Made by a program: the position numbers and the translations under genes. The notes under the pieces were generated by a model, which saw only the letters and a program-made list of their open reading frames with translations, was not told the origin of the DNA and did no database searches. This document shows, piece after piece, positions 62,966 to 64,000 of a stretch of 64,000 bases of DNA (positions within the stretch are counted from its first letter, which is position 1; each line of letters opens with the position of its first letter). Location: IMG/VR virus record IMGVR_UViG_3300001530_000094. One strand, 5' to 3'. This DNA is from a virus.

Positions 62966-64000
62966 TTGGCGCAGTTAGATGTCTTAAGAAAAAAGTGTGA
63001 AATGTTAGGTTTAGAACCTGAAAAAACTCGTAATAGAGTAAATAAAGAAACTGGAGAAAGATATAGAGAAAGTACAATTGATAGTTGTAAAACAGCTCTT
63101 CAACAGTATTATATTAAAAAATATAGGGAGGAAGGTACTTTAAATCCATTCGTAGAGAGAATATTACAATTTCCACCTATGTTAGCAGCTCAAATGAAAA
63201 CTTTAAAAGAAAAAGAAATTCCCATTCTTTGGGAAGAAGACAATGATTGGATAGCTACAGAGAAAATAGACGGAAATAGAATGAGATATTGTTATAATAA
63301 AGATTACGGAGTAGAATATTTTTCTAGAAATTTATCTGAAGGACAAGATGGAGATTATTTACCGATTAGATATTCTAATAAGTTAACTATTCCTAGGCCA
63401 GAAATGGAGGCTCTTAATGCAATGGGAATTTTTGACTTTATTATAGATGCAGAATTAGTACCATATTTTGATACTATAAGAAGTTTCCCTAATAGAAAGA
63501 AAATAAATGGAGTTTGGACAGATGTGATGGAAGTTCCTATAGCAGATACTCAATTAAACTTCACTACTTCAGTTTTAGGAGCTTTAGATGATTTATCTCA
63601 TAGAATGCAAGAGACTAATCCCATGAAATTAATGGCATTTGATTTGATTTCATTTAATGGAGAAGATTTAACTAAGCTCCCACTAAAAGATAGATTGAAT
63701 AAGCTTAAAGCTTTATTAACTATACTTAAGAACTATGGAGTAGGAGATAGAATACAACTAGTAAAAGGGACTACTACAGAAAAAGTGAAATTTTATCAAG
63801 ATATAGTAAGTAGAGGTGGAGAAGGTTGTGTTTTGAAGGATTTAAGGGCTCCGTATATGTCTGGAAAGAGAGATAAAGTGTGGGTAAAAGCTAAACGTTC
63901 TGTATCAGGTTCTTTCTTAGAAGAAAAAGCTGGAGATACTATAGATGCTTTTGTAATAGGTTATAAAAGAGGTAATGAAGGAACCAACATTGAAAATTAT
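62966..64000 (+). CDS. ATP-dependent DNA ligase (3' end outside window)
   Basis: TTG start after AAGGAGG. Motif I EKIDGNR (KxDG), IIDAELV, LMAFD, GGEGCVLKD and VWVKAKR. The frame is still open at nt 64000. Confidence 0.8.
   Translation, partial: MAQLDVLRKKCEMLGLEPEKTRNRVNKETGERYRESTIDSCKTALQQYYIKKYREEGTLNPFVERILQFPPMLAAQMKTLKEKEIPILWEEDNDWIATEKIDGNRMRYCYNKDYGVEYFSRNLSEGQDGDYLPIRYSNKLTIPRPEMEALNAMGIFDFIIDAELVPYFDTIRSFPNRKKINGVWTDVMEVPIADTQLNFTTSVLGALDDLSHRMQETNPMKLMAFDLISFNGEDLTKLPLKDRLNKLKALLTILKNYGVGDRIQLVKGTTTEKVKFYQDIVSRGGEGCVLKDLRAPYMSGKRDKVWVKAKRSVSGSFLEEKAGDTIDAFVIGYKRGNEGTNIENY

Noticed and set aside
1-64000. Checks for CRISPR arrays, integrase/recombinase, transposase, rRNA, lysogeny repressor modules and toxin-antitoxin pairs.
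   Set aside because: I found no direct-repeat/spacer architecture, no tyrosine or serine recombinase motifs, no transposase-like ORFs and no rRNA-like sequence. The AbrB-like gene (58253..58561) has no adjacent toxin-like partner.

Overview
This 64-kb window is very AT-rich and coded entirely on the plus strand. It looks like part of a large virulent tailed phage of a low-GC Gram-positive (Bacillota-type) host. The host inference rests on AGGAGG Shine-Dalgarno sites, TTG/GTG starts, and SpoVG, AbrB and flotillin homologues. Gene order: (1) a nucleotide-metabolism and replication module with ThyX, SHMT, dCMP deaminase, FEN, Mre11-like nuclease, C5-MTase, HU, clamp and clamp loader, Toprim primase, a sigma-like factor, dNMP kinase, a DUF2829/Tad2-like protein, a T4 gp42-like dCMP hydroxymethylase, SpoVG, dUTPase, flotillin and MazG; (2) a ~1.3-kb ORF-free structured-RNA locus with one canonical tRNA-Thr and two aberrant tRNA-like elements; (3) large terminase, portal and a GroEL-like chaperonin; (4) a tail-fibre and baseplate block that includes a run of LRR and Kelch receptor-binding paralogues; (5) an iteron-like gap, small genes driven by early promoters, an SF2 helicase with six HTH repeats, and an ATP-dependent DNA ligase cut by the window end. 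Main observation: all 12 apparent frame breaks I could find (in 9 genes, including the large terminase twice) sit exactly on a zero-frame CGG codon. Each is repaired by a +1 shift into the overlapping GGN (Gly) codon, which rebuilds conserved motifs. Of the 13 zero-frame CGG codons in convincing coding sequence, 12 are these breaks, and the one exception is in MazG. This points either to systematic CGG-linked +1 recoding (frameshifting or quadruplet decoding) or to a very specific sequence artefact, and it must be checked. Other notable points are a likely 5-hydroxymethylcytosine pathway, a putative anti-Thoeris sponge, three promoter-like motif families and a conserved intergenic boundary element. 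I saw no CRISPR array, integrase, transposase or rRNA.
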